From assembly GCA_050951325.1 (NCBI GenBank), contig JBMNIW010000011.1, positions 64,001 to 128,000 on the forward strand: a DNA stretch of 64,000 nucleotides, in the 5' to 3' direction. Under the pieces are notes generated by a model. The model was not told where the DNA came from. It saw only the letters and a program-made list of their open reading frames with translations, and searched no databases. The translations under genes were made by a program, and so were the position numbers. Below, piece after piece: positions 50,314-59,691 of this stretch (the first letter of the stretch is position 1; the number at the start of each line of letters is the position of its first letter). Origin of the DNA: Clostridia bacterium (GTDB lineage: Bacteria > Bacillota > Clostridia > UBA1212 > DUPL01).

Positions 50314-50340
50314 AACCCACACATTTGTCATGTGTGGGTT
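50314..50340 (-). terminator. 11 bp hairpin: operon terminator or leader element of the permease gene
   Basis: AACCCACACAT-ttgtc-ATGTGTGGGTT. Confidence 0.5.
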
Positions 50341-50433
50341 GATTTGTCTAACAATATATTTTATATCGAACATGGGGAAAATGCAATTATGTTTTAAAGT
50401 TTAACAATGTTCACGGATATGTAAAAGCGCTTA

Positions 50434-52305
50434 TTAGTCTTTGTTATTCATGATGATCTTCAACGCTTCCTCTACGGGTAAAGGTTGATAATAGTAGTAT
50501 CCTTGAATGGCATCGCACCCCAGTTCAATAAGATTTTGAACAGTATCCAGGGTTTCAGCACCTTCTCCAAAAACGGTCATGCTCATCTCATGGCATATAT
50601 CAATAATACCTTTGACCACTACTTTTCCTCTTTCCGTTTCAACTCTGTTTATAAGTTTTCTATCAATTTTCAGACCTTCAAACTCATATTCGTACAAATC
50701 ATCAAAAGAGGAGCCATAACCGAAATCATCCAGAACCACATGAATGCCGTCCTCCTTGATTCGCCTCAAGTTCTCATATGTTTTTGACATGTCCTTTTGC
50801 AGATAGCTCTCCGTAACTTCAAGTATAAGGGTGTCGTGTTTGAAATTATGTTCATTTATTATACTCGTAACAGTTTCTACAAGTTTTTCGGACTCCAGAG
50901 TCTTCCTGGACAGATTAAAGGAAATAAAGAAGTCATCTATTCCTTGCTGATACAGATACTCAAGCAAAGAGCAGGTTCTATTCAGGATGTGGTAGTCAAG
51001 AATGGATGCCTTTCCTTCCCTCTCCAGTGCGTGAACAAATCTTTCAGGGAGAAGAATTCCCAGTCTTGGGTGGTGCCATCTGGCAAGAGCTTCAGCTCCA
51101 ACGATTGAGTTGCTTTTGGGATCCACAAAGAAATGAAGGTAAAGCTTTATTTCTTCATTATAAATTGCCCTTTCAAAATTTTTCAAAACTTCGGATTCTT
51201 CTTCCAGAGTATTAGCAATACTGTTGGAAAAGAAAGAATACTCTTTATCATTTCTTGCAGCATGCATGCACGCCTGCTCGGCTTTGAACGCGATGTCCAT
51301 TATGTCTTCATTGTGACTTTCCATGTTGCACACACCTGCATAAAAACAACTTGTTGCACCAGCCTGCCCTGCAATAAGATTATTAACCTTTTCTATGACA
51401 GAGGATAAAAATTGCTCCAGCTTAATATCACTGACACACATTTTAAGCATTAAAAAGGCATCGTCCTTTGCCCTTACCAGCAGATCGTACTCTCCTTCAT
51501 GGTCCGTCAGTACTCCTGCAGTTTTCTTGAGGATGTTGTCAATTTCACTACGGGAGCATAGTTCACCCAGCTTCCTCAGATCTATCCTGTAGTAAATGGC
51601 CTTGTATAGTACACAATTGTGTCTATTGACAATTTTTCTGTATATTCCCTCAAGTCCTGCCATGTTCACCATGTTTGTCAGAGAATCTGTTTCCAGAAAC
51701 TTTTTTAAATTCCTGTACTTGCTACCTGTTACCAGAACAACAATAACAAGTGATGCAAGAAGAGCAAAGACAATGCTACCTGCTATCATCTTGACAAGTG
51801 TGTTATTTCTAGCCTGGAATGAGTCAATACTTTCTAGCATTAGTCCATTCATCTTCTTCTCACTGATGTTGGATAGATATTCGGAAAGAGAGTTTGCCAG
51901 GTTATCATCCACAATTTCCGTAAGAAGAATGCGTATCTCTTTGTCTATACCCTGTCTTTCCGCACGAATAACCGTTATTCCTGCATTCCATAACTCCTCG
52001 TCAAATCCGTCCTGCAGTTGACATCCTGAAACAAGCTCCACCTGCAGATTCTTCAACAGGTACTTTCTGTTGTCTTCTTCTCCCGGACGCAAATAGACGA
52101 TTTCATACTGTGAGTTGTCCGAGAACTCTTTCAGAAGCTGCGGAATAACCCCTTTATATTCTTTATCCTTTGAGTCATAGTACTCAATTGGATAAAGATT
52201 CGGATTTCCCGCCACATACACCAGGGTTTTCTCCGCACCCCAAGTATCAGAAACCATTACAGTCAGCAATACAATTGCAATAATCAGTGCTGAAATTCTT
52301 TTCAT
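50434..52305 (-). CDS. Extracellular sensor, TM, degenerate GGDEF and EAL c-di-GMP phosphodiesterase
   Basis: Signal peptide; NPNLYPIEY...YKGVIP.LL solute-binding-like domain; RAKDDAF in place of GGDEF; AEALARW, NLS, EVTES, DDFG, KIDR, EGAE, QGYY. Confidence 0.9.
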   Translation of the reverse strand: MKRISALIIAIVLLTVMVSDTWGAEKTLVYVAGNPNLYPIEYYDSKDKEYKGVIPQLLKEFSDNSQYEIVYLRPGEEDNRKYLLKNLQVELVSGCQLQDGFDEELWNAGITVIRAERQGIDKEIRILLTEIVDDNLANSLSEYLSNISEKKMNGLMLESIDSFQARNNTLVKMIAGSIVFALLASLVIVVLVTGSKYRNLKKFLETDSLTNMVNMAGLEGIYRKIVNRHNCVLYKAIYYRIDLRKLGELCSRSEIDNILKKTAGVLTDHEGEYDLLVRAKDDAFLMLKMCVSDIKLEQFLSSVIEKVNNLIAGQAGATSCFYAGVCNMESHNEDIMDIAFKAEQACMHAARNDKEYSFFSNSIANTLEEESEVLKNFERAIYNEEIKLYLHFFVDPKSNSIVGAEALARWHHPRLGILLPERFVHALEREGKASILDYHILNRTCSLLEYLYQQGIDDFFISFNLSRKTLESEKLVETVTSIINEHNFKHDTLILEVTESYLQKDMSKTYENLRRIKEDGIHVVLDDFGYGSSFDDLYEYEFEGLKIDRKLINRVETERGKVVVKGIIDICHEMSMTVFGEGAETLDTVQNLIELGCDAIQGYYYYQPLPVEEALKIIMNNKD

Positions 52306-52814
52306 ACACCCACCATCGTTTTCTTTTTCTTAAACAAGGTCAGCCTTTCTTTGGGCTCCGGTTCACTTATTTCCATCTCACTCTTAATATCATGCATGTC
52401 TTCAAGCTTTTCATTTAATTCTTTGTCAAACTTCTCAAGAAGATTCCTTATATCCTCCCGTATACAACTTATTGATTCTTCATAAGATTCAAGCCTTTTC
52501 TTCTCCAAGCCATACTTTGACCTTAGTTTGGCTCTCATATCCTGTTCCATCTCATGTGTATCCTTCTTAATTTGAGATGCAAAATTTCTTGCTTCAACAA
52601 TTGTCATAGATATAGCTTTCTGTACACTTTTCAATTCCTCGTTCTCCATCTCCAGCTCAATAATTCTCTGCTTAAGTTCCATGATTTCCTTTTTGTGAAG
52701 CTCTTCCTTTTCTTGAATTCTTTGCTCATACTTCTCGTTGAGTTTCATTACGTACCGGTATACACTCTCTTTGTTGTAGCCAAACAATCCTTTCTTCAGC
52801 TCGCTTAACAGCAT
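52302..52814 (-). CDS. Coiled-coil protein with DivIVA-like N-terminus
   Basis: LKKGLFGYNKESVYRYV followed by a long E/K-rich coiled coil. Confidence 0.65.
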   Translation of the reverse strand: MLLSELKKGLFGYNKESVYRYVMKLNEKYEQRIQEKEELHKKEIMELKQRIIELEMENEELKSVQKAISMTIVEARNFASQIKKDTHEMEQDMRAKLRSKYGLEKKRLESYEESISCIREDIRNLLEKFDKELNEKLEDMHDIKSEMEISEPEPKERLTLFKKKKTMVGV

Positions 52815-52829
52815 GATTTCATCCCCCCA

Positions 52830-54242
52830 TCAGTTGTAGTCGATTTTCTTTCTCTCGATTCTTCCCCAAGTCCTTTTTACTTTGCGATACCTGTTAATGG
52901 CAGTCATCCTCACCCATGAGATTATGAATCTCAGGAAGGACACTTCCACAACACTTAACAGGATTGCTTTACATGCATCTCTAAATCCTATTTTAAGATT
53001 GATGGTTTGAACTCTTGAAAAAAAGGCTGTCAATGACAATATTGCTGCATAAAGAGCATATACAAGAAGAAACAGTATCATGAACCTTGTGTTCAATATG
53101 CCAACGACACCAGCCAGGAATATTGAAATCACTCCAAACACCTCAATGTATGGAGAAAGCAGCTCGTATATAAGAAAGTAGAGGTAAGATACAAAACTCA
53201 ACAACCCATATCCGGGGTTGAAGAACATTGTCTTATGAGTCATAAGGCTTTGAAGCAGACCAATCTGCCACCTTCTCCTCTGCTGCATAAGGTCCTTCAT
53301 CTTTTCAGGTACCTGACTCCAACAGATGGCATCAGTCGCGTATCTTACCTGATAGTCAATATTGTGCTTCCTACAATACACATGAAGCTTTACCACCAGT
53401 TCCATGTCCTCTCCCAGAGTCCTGTCGTCATAACCTCCTGCAGCAATCACCACATCCTTCTTAAAGAGTCCGAAAGCTCCGGATATGATCATGCTCCCGT
53501 TGAACTTGTCGAAAAATATTCTTGCAGCCAGAAACGATCTGTCATATTCCAGGACCTGCATGCATGCAAGCATGTTTTTAGGGAGTTTGAAGTCAACAAC
53601 ATGCCCGTCCACCAGTATTGCACCATTGCTAGGTCTAACAGCGCTGCCTACAGCAATTACTTTGTCGCTCATCAGTATCGGCTTAACTATTTTTTCCAAA
53701 GAATCATACTGAAGTATTGAGTCTGCATCTATGCAAATAAAGTATGGGTAATTCGAAGAATTTATGCCCATGTTTAGAGCATCCGCCTTGCCTCCATTTA
53801 CTTTCTTAATCAAGGTTATCGGAACTTTATACATATGGGTTTCATATACAAACACTTCAGGCTGGCATTCTATCTGAATCCTGATAGGCTTTTTTATCTT
53901 CTTCATGGAAAACTTTTCAATAAGGACTTCCGAAGTCAAATCGGTGGAACCGTCGTCAATAACGATAATCTCATACAACCCGTAGTCAAGAGCAAGAAGA
54001 GACTGTACCGTGGATACAATAGTCACTTCTTCATTGTGTGCGGGAACAAGTATGCTTATTGGTATGTACTGCGCATTGTCAAGCTCGTTTCTAAGAACAT
54101 TCTGCCTTCTGTTTTGATATAGAGTGGTGGAACCCACTATAACCGAAAGAAACATGAATGTGGAATATCCAACAAGGTATATTATGAAAAAAAGCGCTAT
54201 GTAATCGTATATCAGTTTAATAATATCAATATAGTTTTCCAT
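52830..54242 (-). CDS. Processive GT2 glycosyltransferase (PgaC/IcaA/BcsA-like)
   Basis: VPAHNEE, DDGSTD, NGGKADALN, IDAD, SGAFG, EDME, QRRRW; TM helices at both ends. Confidence 0.93.
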   Translation of the reverse strand: MENYIDIIKLIYDYIALFFIIYLVGYSTFMFLSVIVGSTTLYQNRRQNVLRNELDNAQYIPISILVPAHNEEVTIVSTVQSLLALDYGLYEIIVIDDGSTDLTSEVLIEKFSMKKIKKPIRIQIECQPEVFVYETHMYKVPITLIKKVNGGKADALNMGINSSNYPYFICIDADSILQYDSLEKIVKPILMSDKVIAVGSAVRPSNGAILVDGHVVDFKLPKNMLACMQVLEYDRSFLAARIFFDKFNGSMIISGAFGLFKKDVVIAAGGYDDRTLGEDMELVVKLHVYCRKHNIDYQVRYATDAICWSQVPEKMKDLMQQRRRWQIGLLQSLMTHKTMFFNPGYGLLSFVSYLYFLIYELLSPYIEVFGVISIFLAGVVGILNTRFMILFLLVYALYAAILSLTAFFSRVQTINLKIGFRDACKAILLSVVEVSFLRFIISWVRMTAINRYRKVKRTWGRIERKKIDYN

Positions 54243-55348
54243 TAATTCACCACCTTGCTGTTACCATTGCTAATATTTGTCTCAATGCGATACATTAGCA
54301 TCTCTCTTGCATACTTGTCATATCCGTTTATTATATCAATGAGATTCAAATACTCCACTCCCAGAGACTTGAGGCTCTTTGCGGCATTGTACCTTACATG
54401 CCAGTTTGTGCTTTTCAATGCCTGCTTCAATGCATCAATCGATTCCTGCTCCCGGTAGCTGCCAAGACTCACCGCACTTATGGCTGCATATTCCCAGTTG
54501 TCTTCCGAGTTTTTAACGAAGTTTATTAAAAGGGGCAGACTTGGCTTATACGCATGTCTCCCAAAGTATCGAATAGCCGAAAAGTGCAGTTCCTTGTTAA
54601 CAGACTCATCCTTTAGTATTCCCAGCATCTCCTCGTTGTAGCTTGAACTTACAAACCTTATGTAATTGAGAATAACCAACTTGATTTCATCACTGAAACC
54701 ATCAAGGTTGTCATACAGGATTCTGGTTAGATTTTCGTGGTCTCCAGTGAACTCGATTAGCATGTTTGTCAGTAGCTTTCCATGTATGTACAGTTTTCTT
54801 CTGTCAATTATCTTCAACGCTAAAAGAACTTTTTCCTCATTACCGAAACTTATGAGTGCCTTTAGTGTATTCTGTCTTGTGTAGATACTGTCAAACTTCA
54901 AATATGCAAGCATTACCTCACCTATGGGATCGATAGGAAGGTCTTTTGCTATTCTGTACTTGCCAAGTACATGTGCAAGATATGCAGCTTTAATTGAATC
55001 CTTCTCAAGGTATTCAAAACCCAGGTGTATAAAAACCGAGTAAATCTCCTTGATGTATTCTTGCGCCAGTTCTGGTTTGTCCTGAAATGCTCTTTCCAAC
55101 GCCCTGTCAAAAACCAAAAGATTGCCGACATGCACCAATGTCCTTTTCAAATATTTTTCATGGTACATGCATACAGGTTTTGATATGGCAATTTCATCCA
55201 TCTGACATTTTATTTCATTGTACATTTTTACACTTCTTTTGCTTCTGCTTTTCTCCCGGTACCTGATTGCTACAGCGCAATATATGTTGAATAATATCAT
55301 GGATACGCATATGATTAAATAACTGTATACCAGTATAAGAATATCCAA
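54242..55348 (-). CDS. Membrane-anchored HEAT-repeat protein
   Basis: N-terminal TM; AIRYFG, AVSLG, L.STNWHVRYNAAKSL; TTG start after GGAGGAG. Confidence 0.8.
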   Translation of the reverse strand: MDILILVYSYLIICVSMILFNIYCAVAIRYREKSRSKRSVKMYNEIKCQMDEIAISKPVCMYHEKYLKRTLVHVGNLLVFDRALERAFQDKPELAQEYIKEIYSVFIHLGFEYLEKDSIKAAYLAHVLGKYRIAKDLPIDPIGEVMLAYLKFDSIYTRQNTLKALISFGNEEKVLLALKIIDRRKLYIHGKLLTNMLIEFTGDHENLTRILYDNLDGFSDEIKLVILNYIRFVSSSYNEEMLGILKDESVNKELHFSAIRYFGRHAYKPSLPLLINFVKNSEDNWEYAAISAVSLGSYREQESIDALKQALKSTNWHVRYNAAKSLKSLGVEYLNLIDIINGYDKYAREMLMYRIETNISNGNSKVVN

Positions 55349-55366
55349 CTCTACTCCTCCCAAACC

Positions 55367-57490
55367 TTATGAATTTCTCCAATACTCCTGAAGTATGTAA
55401 TATGAGGATTTAAGCCTTTCATGCCATGTTACCTTCTTACCCCATCCTTTCAGTTTGTACTCTCCCATTGGAATCCTCTCAGTGGAATCACCAACGCCCA
55501 CGTACATTCTGTCTATGGTAATATATTCAACTCCGTAGTGTTCGTAATAGTCGTCATGTATCTTCATCTCTGAAGGGTTTGCAAAGTTCAGAATCTGCCA
55601 GGGTAGTTTAAGCTCTATGTACTCCCCGTTGAAAATGTAATCTGCAAGGGAGTTGAAATCCTCTGATATAGGATTTGCATTTCCATAAATGAGATGACCG
55701 GTTTCATACACCTCTGCCGGAGCATCAATATCGTCTGTAAGGAGGACCGTGGCCGTTTGCAGCATCAAGTTTATCTCCTTGAACATAGGAGTGTTTTTAT
55801 CGATAATGTTCACATATGGGTCCTTTTTATGTGTTTCATGATAGTACATCGCTCTTAATACCTCATATCTCTCCTGAACCAGCACCCTTGAATTTTCATA
55901 GCCATCAATTACGATCACGAAATCACTTTCCCTTTCAAATTTAAGGTTGTAATTCAGACAATAATTACTTCCGGTTTTGGGTGTCGTATCGATGGGAATG
56001 TATATCTTGTCCGTTTCAGGATTGAACCTGGGTTTATGTATGAGAAAGTATATGAACCGCTCATCATACATCATTGACAAACTCATGTTTTTGTTTTTAC
56101 ATACAATATGAGAGTCCTTCCATTCACTGATGTCTCCATCAACATAACATATGCTTTTTTCATCACCAGGATCAAACGACAGAAGACCGAAGTACTGCTC
56201 GTTTGTTTGATAGTCGCTCCAGTATGGGGTTTTATGCAAATCAACCGCATGCATGGTGTTCCAGGTTCTTTTGAACCATTCATCCTGCCATGTAAAAACA
56301 CAACCACCTGCAGCCCCTGCTTCCCTTATATCCTCAAAACAACGAACCAAAGCTTTTCCCTGATCTTTTTCAGACATGTATCCCTGGTTTCTGCCTGTAT
56401 TTCTGTCCTTCTGCGCCATACCTCTACCTGTTGACACACCGAACTCGGCAATCACTACAGGTATGGCATGGTGCTCTACCAGCATTTTCAGATATGCAAG
56501 GTATGTGTTCAGTTCACCTTTTTCATCGATGAAACCGCTTTGGTCATCAAAATAAGCAAGATAATCCGGATAGTAAGGATATACATGATATGAGGCAAAA
56601 AAACCGGAAATAAACTTATCAGTAGTCCTTATGTTTTCAACATCAACCTTGGCACATTTCATGAAGAAACTTTCAATATCCTTTGGATAATCAAACGGAT
56701 CAGTGGTTGGCCAGTTAGTGAAAGCCACAAGTCTTTGCTGCTTGTATCTGACTGTCTCATACTCAATAATTTTATCTCCCACCTCGGCAAGAAGGGCTTC
56801 AAAGGGCGATGCATTTTCATCAGTGTACATATATTTACCCTGGTATCTGTTCCTCTCGGGATATTTTCTGTTTGTATACTCAACCGTTACATCCTCCCAC
56901 TCGACACCCAGGATATAACCTATCACCCATTGTGATATGTCCTTTAGATATCTGCCGGACCCGTAGGACGAGTTGTTGTATATCTTCTTATTCCCATGAA
57001 TTATGTCCACCACTGTTTTACAGTCAGATATGAACTTTTTTCTAAAGTCATCATGAAATGCATCCCGGCGGGAATTCTGAACATAGTCGTTGACCCACAC
57101 TCCCTGAATCAGATACAAAGGGTCTTCCCTGTCTTTGTTGAACTCATAAAAGGCATTGTAAAAATCATCGTGCAGAACAGTGTACACCCTGATTGTGTTG
57201 GCACCCATATCCTTGATGTATTCAAACCATCTGATAAAAGTCTCTTTATCTATGGCGTAATCCGTAGCCCATTTACCCGGAATTCCAAGACCCATGTTGA
57301 CACCCTTTATTTCAAGTATCTCATACACTCCATCCTTGTTTATGTATATATTTTGGCCCTCCGTTTTTATAAAGGTCTCCGGTGGTTTGTTCGGATTGAA
57401 ATCGATATATATACCCCATCTGTAATAAGCCATATCTGAGAGAACAAGCAAAAACACCACCAGGGATACAATAATTATGAATTTCTTCAT
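55367..57490 (-). CDS. Secreted clan GH-A-like (GH2/GH5-like TIM barrel) putative glycoside hydrolase
   Basis: Signal/anchor helix; KGVNMG, MGANTIRVY, GVEW, HVYPYYP, IAEFG, FTWQDEW, NEQYFGL. Confidence 0.75.
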   Translation of the reverse strand: MKKFIIIVSLVVFLLVLSDMAYYRWGIYIDFNPNKPPETFIKTEGQNIYINKDGVYEILEIKGVNMGLGIPGKWATDYAIDKETFIRWFEYIKDMGANTIRVYTVLHDDFYNAFYEFNKDREDPLYLIQGVWVNDYVQNSRRDAFHDDFRKKFISDCKTVVDIIHGNKKIYNNSSYGSGRYLKDISQWVIGYILGVEWEDVTVEYTNRKYPERNRYQGKYMYTDENASPFEALLAEVGDKIIEYETVRYKQQRLVAFTNWPTTDPFDYPKDIESFFMKCAKVDVENIRTTDKFISGFFASYHVYPYYPDYLAYFDDQSGFIDEKGELNTYLAYLKMLVEHHAIPVVIAEFGVSTGRGMAQKDRNTGRNQGYMSEKDQGKALVRCFEDIREAGAAGGCVFTWQDEWFKRTWNTMHAVDLHKTPYWSDYQTNEQYFGLLSFDPGDEKSICYVDGDISEWKDSHIVCKNKNMSLSMMYDERFIYFLIHKPRFNPETDKIYIPIDTTPKTGSNYCLNYNLKFERESDFVIVIDGYENSRVLVQERYEVLRAMYYHETHKKDPYVNIIDKNTPMFKEINLMLQTATVLLTDDIDAPAEVYETGHLIYGNANPISEDFNSLADYIFNGEYIELKLPWQILNFANPSEMKIHDDYYEHYGVEYITIDRMYVGVGDSTERIPMGEYKLKGWGKKVTWHERLKSSYYILQEYWRNS

Positions 57491-57512
57491 TTTTCGTGGT
57501 TCCCTCCTGCAG

Positions 57513-58976
57513 CTAGTGATTGAACTTCTTGACTTTTGACTCATGGCCATATTGCTTTATGACCTCAATATGCTCATCCAACCATGCTCCTCTTATCATA
57601 ATATGTTGTCGCATAAGCATGACCGCCTCTCCGTGACTTTTGGGATTTCGATCCTCACCAGCAACCAGATCGAGATCAAACGAATATCCCCAAACATCGA
57701 AATTTCTAACGATGGCTTCTCCCAGATATTTGATAACACTGTCGATATAATTGGCAAGGTACTCGTCACTAAGGACCCATTTTCTTAACTCTCTGTATCG
57801 GTCAATTACCTTGTTACAGAAATACTCATCCTTCATTAGCATGAAGTACCATACCTTGTTTGGAAAAGCGAACTTAAAAGGATCCAGGATGTCGTCCTGA
57901 TAGTTGTTATGGGCAGAGTTGAAGTCCCAGATTACAAACTTGTATTTACCTCCCACATCCTTGTAAATATATGTTGAATATGCCACCGCATCGTAATTGC
58001 TGGTAAACTCGTTGATAATAAAATAATCGACAAATGAATCCACATCGACGTACTTACGGTAACCATGTTTCTTTGAATCATAATCGTAGGAGTACAGTGC
58101 TTTTTCAAAATCTGAAAACTCTCTTTCAATAACTGTTTTCATCTCCTGTGTAAGGGTTGATGCCCTTGGATACTCGACGTCTAAAACATGGTAATTTCTG
58201 AGTGCGTAGTTTGTAAATGCAGTTATATTTTTAAATTCATTTGTACTGCCCCTGTCAAGCCTGATAACATAACCTGTCTTGCCTGTATTGCCTATCGGCT
58301 CAGACAACTTCAACCTTGCATTTTTCGAAGAAGTTATTGTCTCTGTCATCAAGTACAGACCTAGGTACTCTCCGTTCAGAATAACTTCACAAAATCGAAC
58401 ATTTGGGGCGTAGTCCATTATCTCTCCTGCTATGTTGTACCACATGTAATTCCTTATCAATGTCTTGTCAAGATACGGACCATGCAGCACCCATTCATAA
58501 TGGGGCTCCATGCCCATTACTTTAACATGTTTGTAACCCTCTCCGTTAACAAATCGTATTAGATAGTTTTTCTTGTCGAAATGTCTCGAGGTGTTTCCTC
58601 TAATACGTATTAATGCAGTTGAATCTATTGCAGGTTCATCACCCGGATGATTGTAGCTCTTTTCATTGTCTATAATCCTTATGGAGCTCGCAAGCATCCT
58701 CTCCCCGTCTTCTGTTAATGTGTATTTGATTCTGCCATCTTCTTTATACACTTCTCCGGGTATGTCAATGCCGCTGGTGTCGATTATCACCAGTGGCAGG
58801 TGGGTGCAGAGTTCTTCATCCGTGTGAAGACATGCCTCTGTCGGTTTGGGGTAATGAAGATGCTGATGTATTCGTTTTGAGCTCTTACCTTTGGACATGT
58901 TGTTTGCAAAGGCCGACACGAAAATGACAAGGACAAAAAGGACAAATGCAATCAGTTTTTTCTTCAATGCAATCAA
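57513..58976 (-). CDS. Secreted CotH-family kinase
   Basis: Signal peptide; IRIRGNTS..FDKKNY, DKTLIRN, NGEYLGLY..E, NYD, IWDFN. Confidence 0.9.
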   Translation of the reverse strand: MIALKKKLIAFVLFVLVIFVSAFANNMSKGKSSKRIHQHLHYPKPTEACLHTDEELCTHLPLVIIDTSGIDIPGEVYKEDGRIKYTLTEDGERMLASSIRIIDNEKSYNHPGDEPAIDSTALIRIRGNTSRHFDKKNYLIRFVNGEGYKHVKVMGMEPHYEWVLHGPYLDKTLIRNYMWYNIAGEIMDYAPNVRFCEVILNGEYLGLYLMTETITSSKNARLKLSEPIGNTGKTGYVIRLDRGSTNEFKNITAFTNYALRNYHVLDVEYPRASTLTQEMKTVIEREFSDFEKALYSYDYDSKKHGYRKYVDVDSFVDYFIINEFTSNYDAVAYSTYIYKDVGGKYKFVIWDFNSAHNNYQDDILDPFKFAFPNKVWYFMLMKDEYFCNKVIDRYRELRKWVLSDEYLANYIDSVIKYLGEAIVRNFDVWGYSFDLDLVAGEDRNPKSHGEAVMLMRQHIMIRGAWLDEHIEVIKQYGHESKVKKFNH

Positions 58977-58981
58977 TCCTT

Positions 58982-59659
58982 TCAGCCTGAAATGTCTTCA
59001 TTTTGAGCAATTATGTTTACATAGTCTACATTGCCAATCTCGTATATTGCATCCGTTATGCTCTTATCTTCTTTGTCGGAGTTTTTAAAGGTCTTCTTCG
59101 ACATCTCGTAGATGTATTCAACTGTTTCTTTTCCTGTGTTTTTCGCCTTAAGGTTTGCCTTGTGCATGAAATATTGGAAAACCACAGCTTCGATTCTCTT
59201 CTCATTGGAACGTGACGCTCTAATGACCAATATTACACGATCATCATTTTTAAGTCTTCCAAAGAATAAAAGAATCAAGAACACAAGGAAGCTTCCCAAT
59301 GACGCAACAATAAAATCACCCACTCCACAACATATGCCGACAATTATGGTCCAGAATATGAACACGGTATCTCTAGGATCCTTTATTGCGGTTCTGTATC
59401 TGACTATGGACAGTGCACCTACCATGCCTAAAGATAGGACAATATTGTTTCCTATAACCAACATTACCGTAGTGGTCAGCACGGTTAGCACAACCAAGGA
59501 TACATTGAACCTCCTGCTGTAAACACTCAAGTCATGAGAAAGCCAGTAGGTAAAATATATTATTATGGCAATTACTAGAGAAACCAGCAATCTAAGCAGA
59601 ATATCCGACGCTTCCAAACTGCCTGTCTGTTCAAACAACTGGTATATGTACTGTCTCAT
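58982..59659 (-). CDS. DUF4956 membrane protein
   Basis: IGNNIVLSLGMVGALSIVRYRTAIKDPRDT.FIFW. Confidence 0.92.
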   Translation of the reverse strand: MRQYIYQLFEQTGSLEASDILLRLLVSLVIAIIIYFTYWLSHDLSVYSRRFNVSLVVLTVLTTTVMLVIGNNIVLSLGMVGALSIVRYRTAIKDPRDTVFIFWTIIVGICCGVGDFIVASLGSFLVFLILLFFGRLKNDDRVILVIRASRSNEKRIEAVVFQYFMHKANLKAKNTGKETVEYIYEMSKKTFKNSDKEDKSITDAIYEIGNVDYVNIIAQNEDISG

Positions 59660-59691
59660 ATGTCACAATTCCTCTCCTTCGCTATATGTAT

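Noticed and set aside
57513-58976. CotH as a spore coat gene
   Set aside because: Signal peptide and position within a c-di-GMP riboswitch operon argue against a coat role
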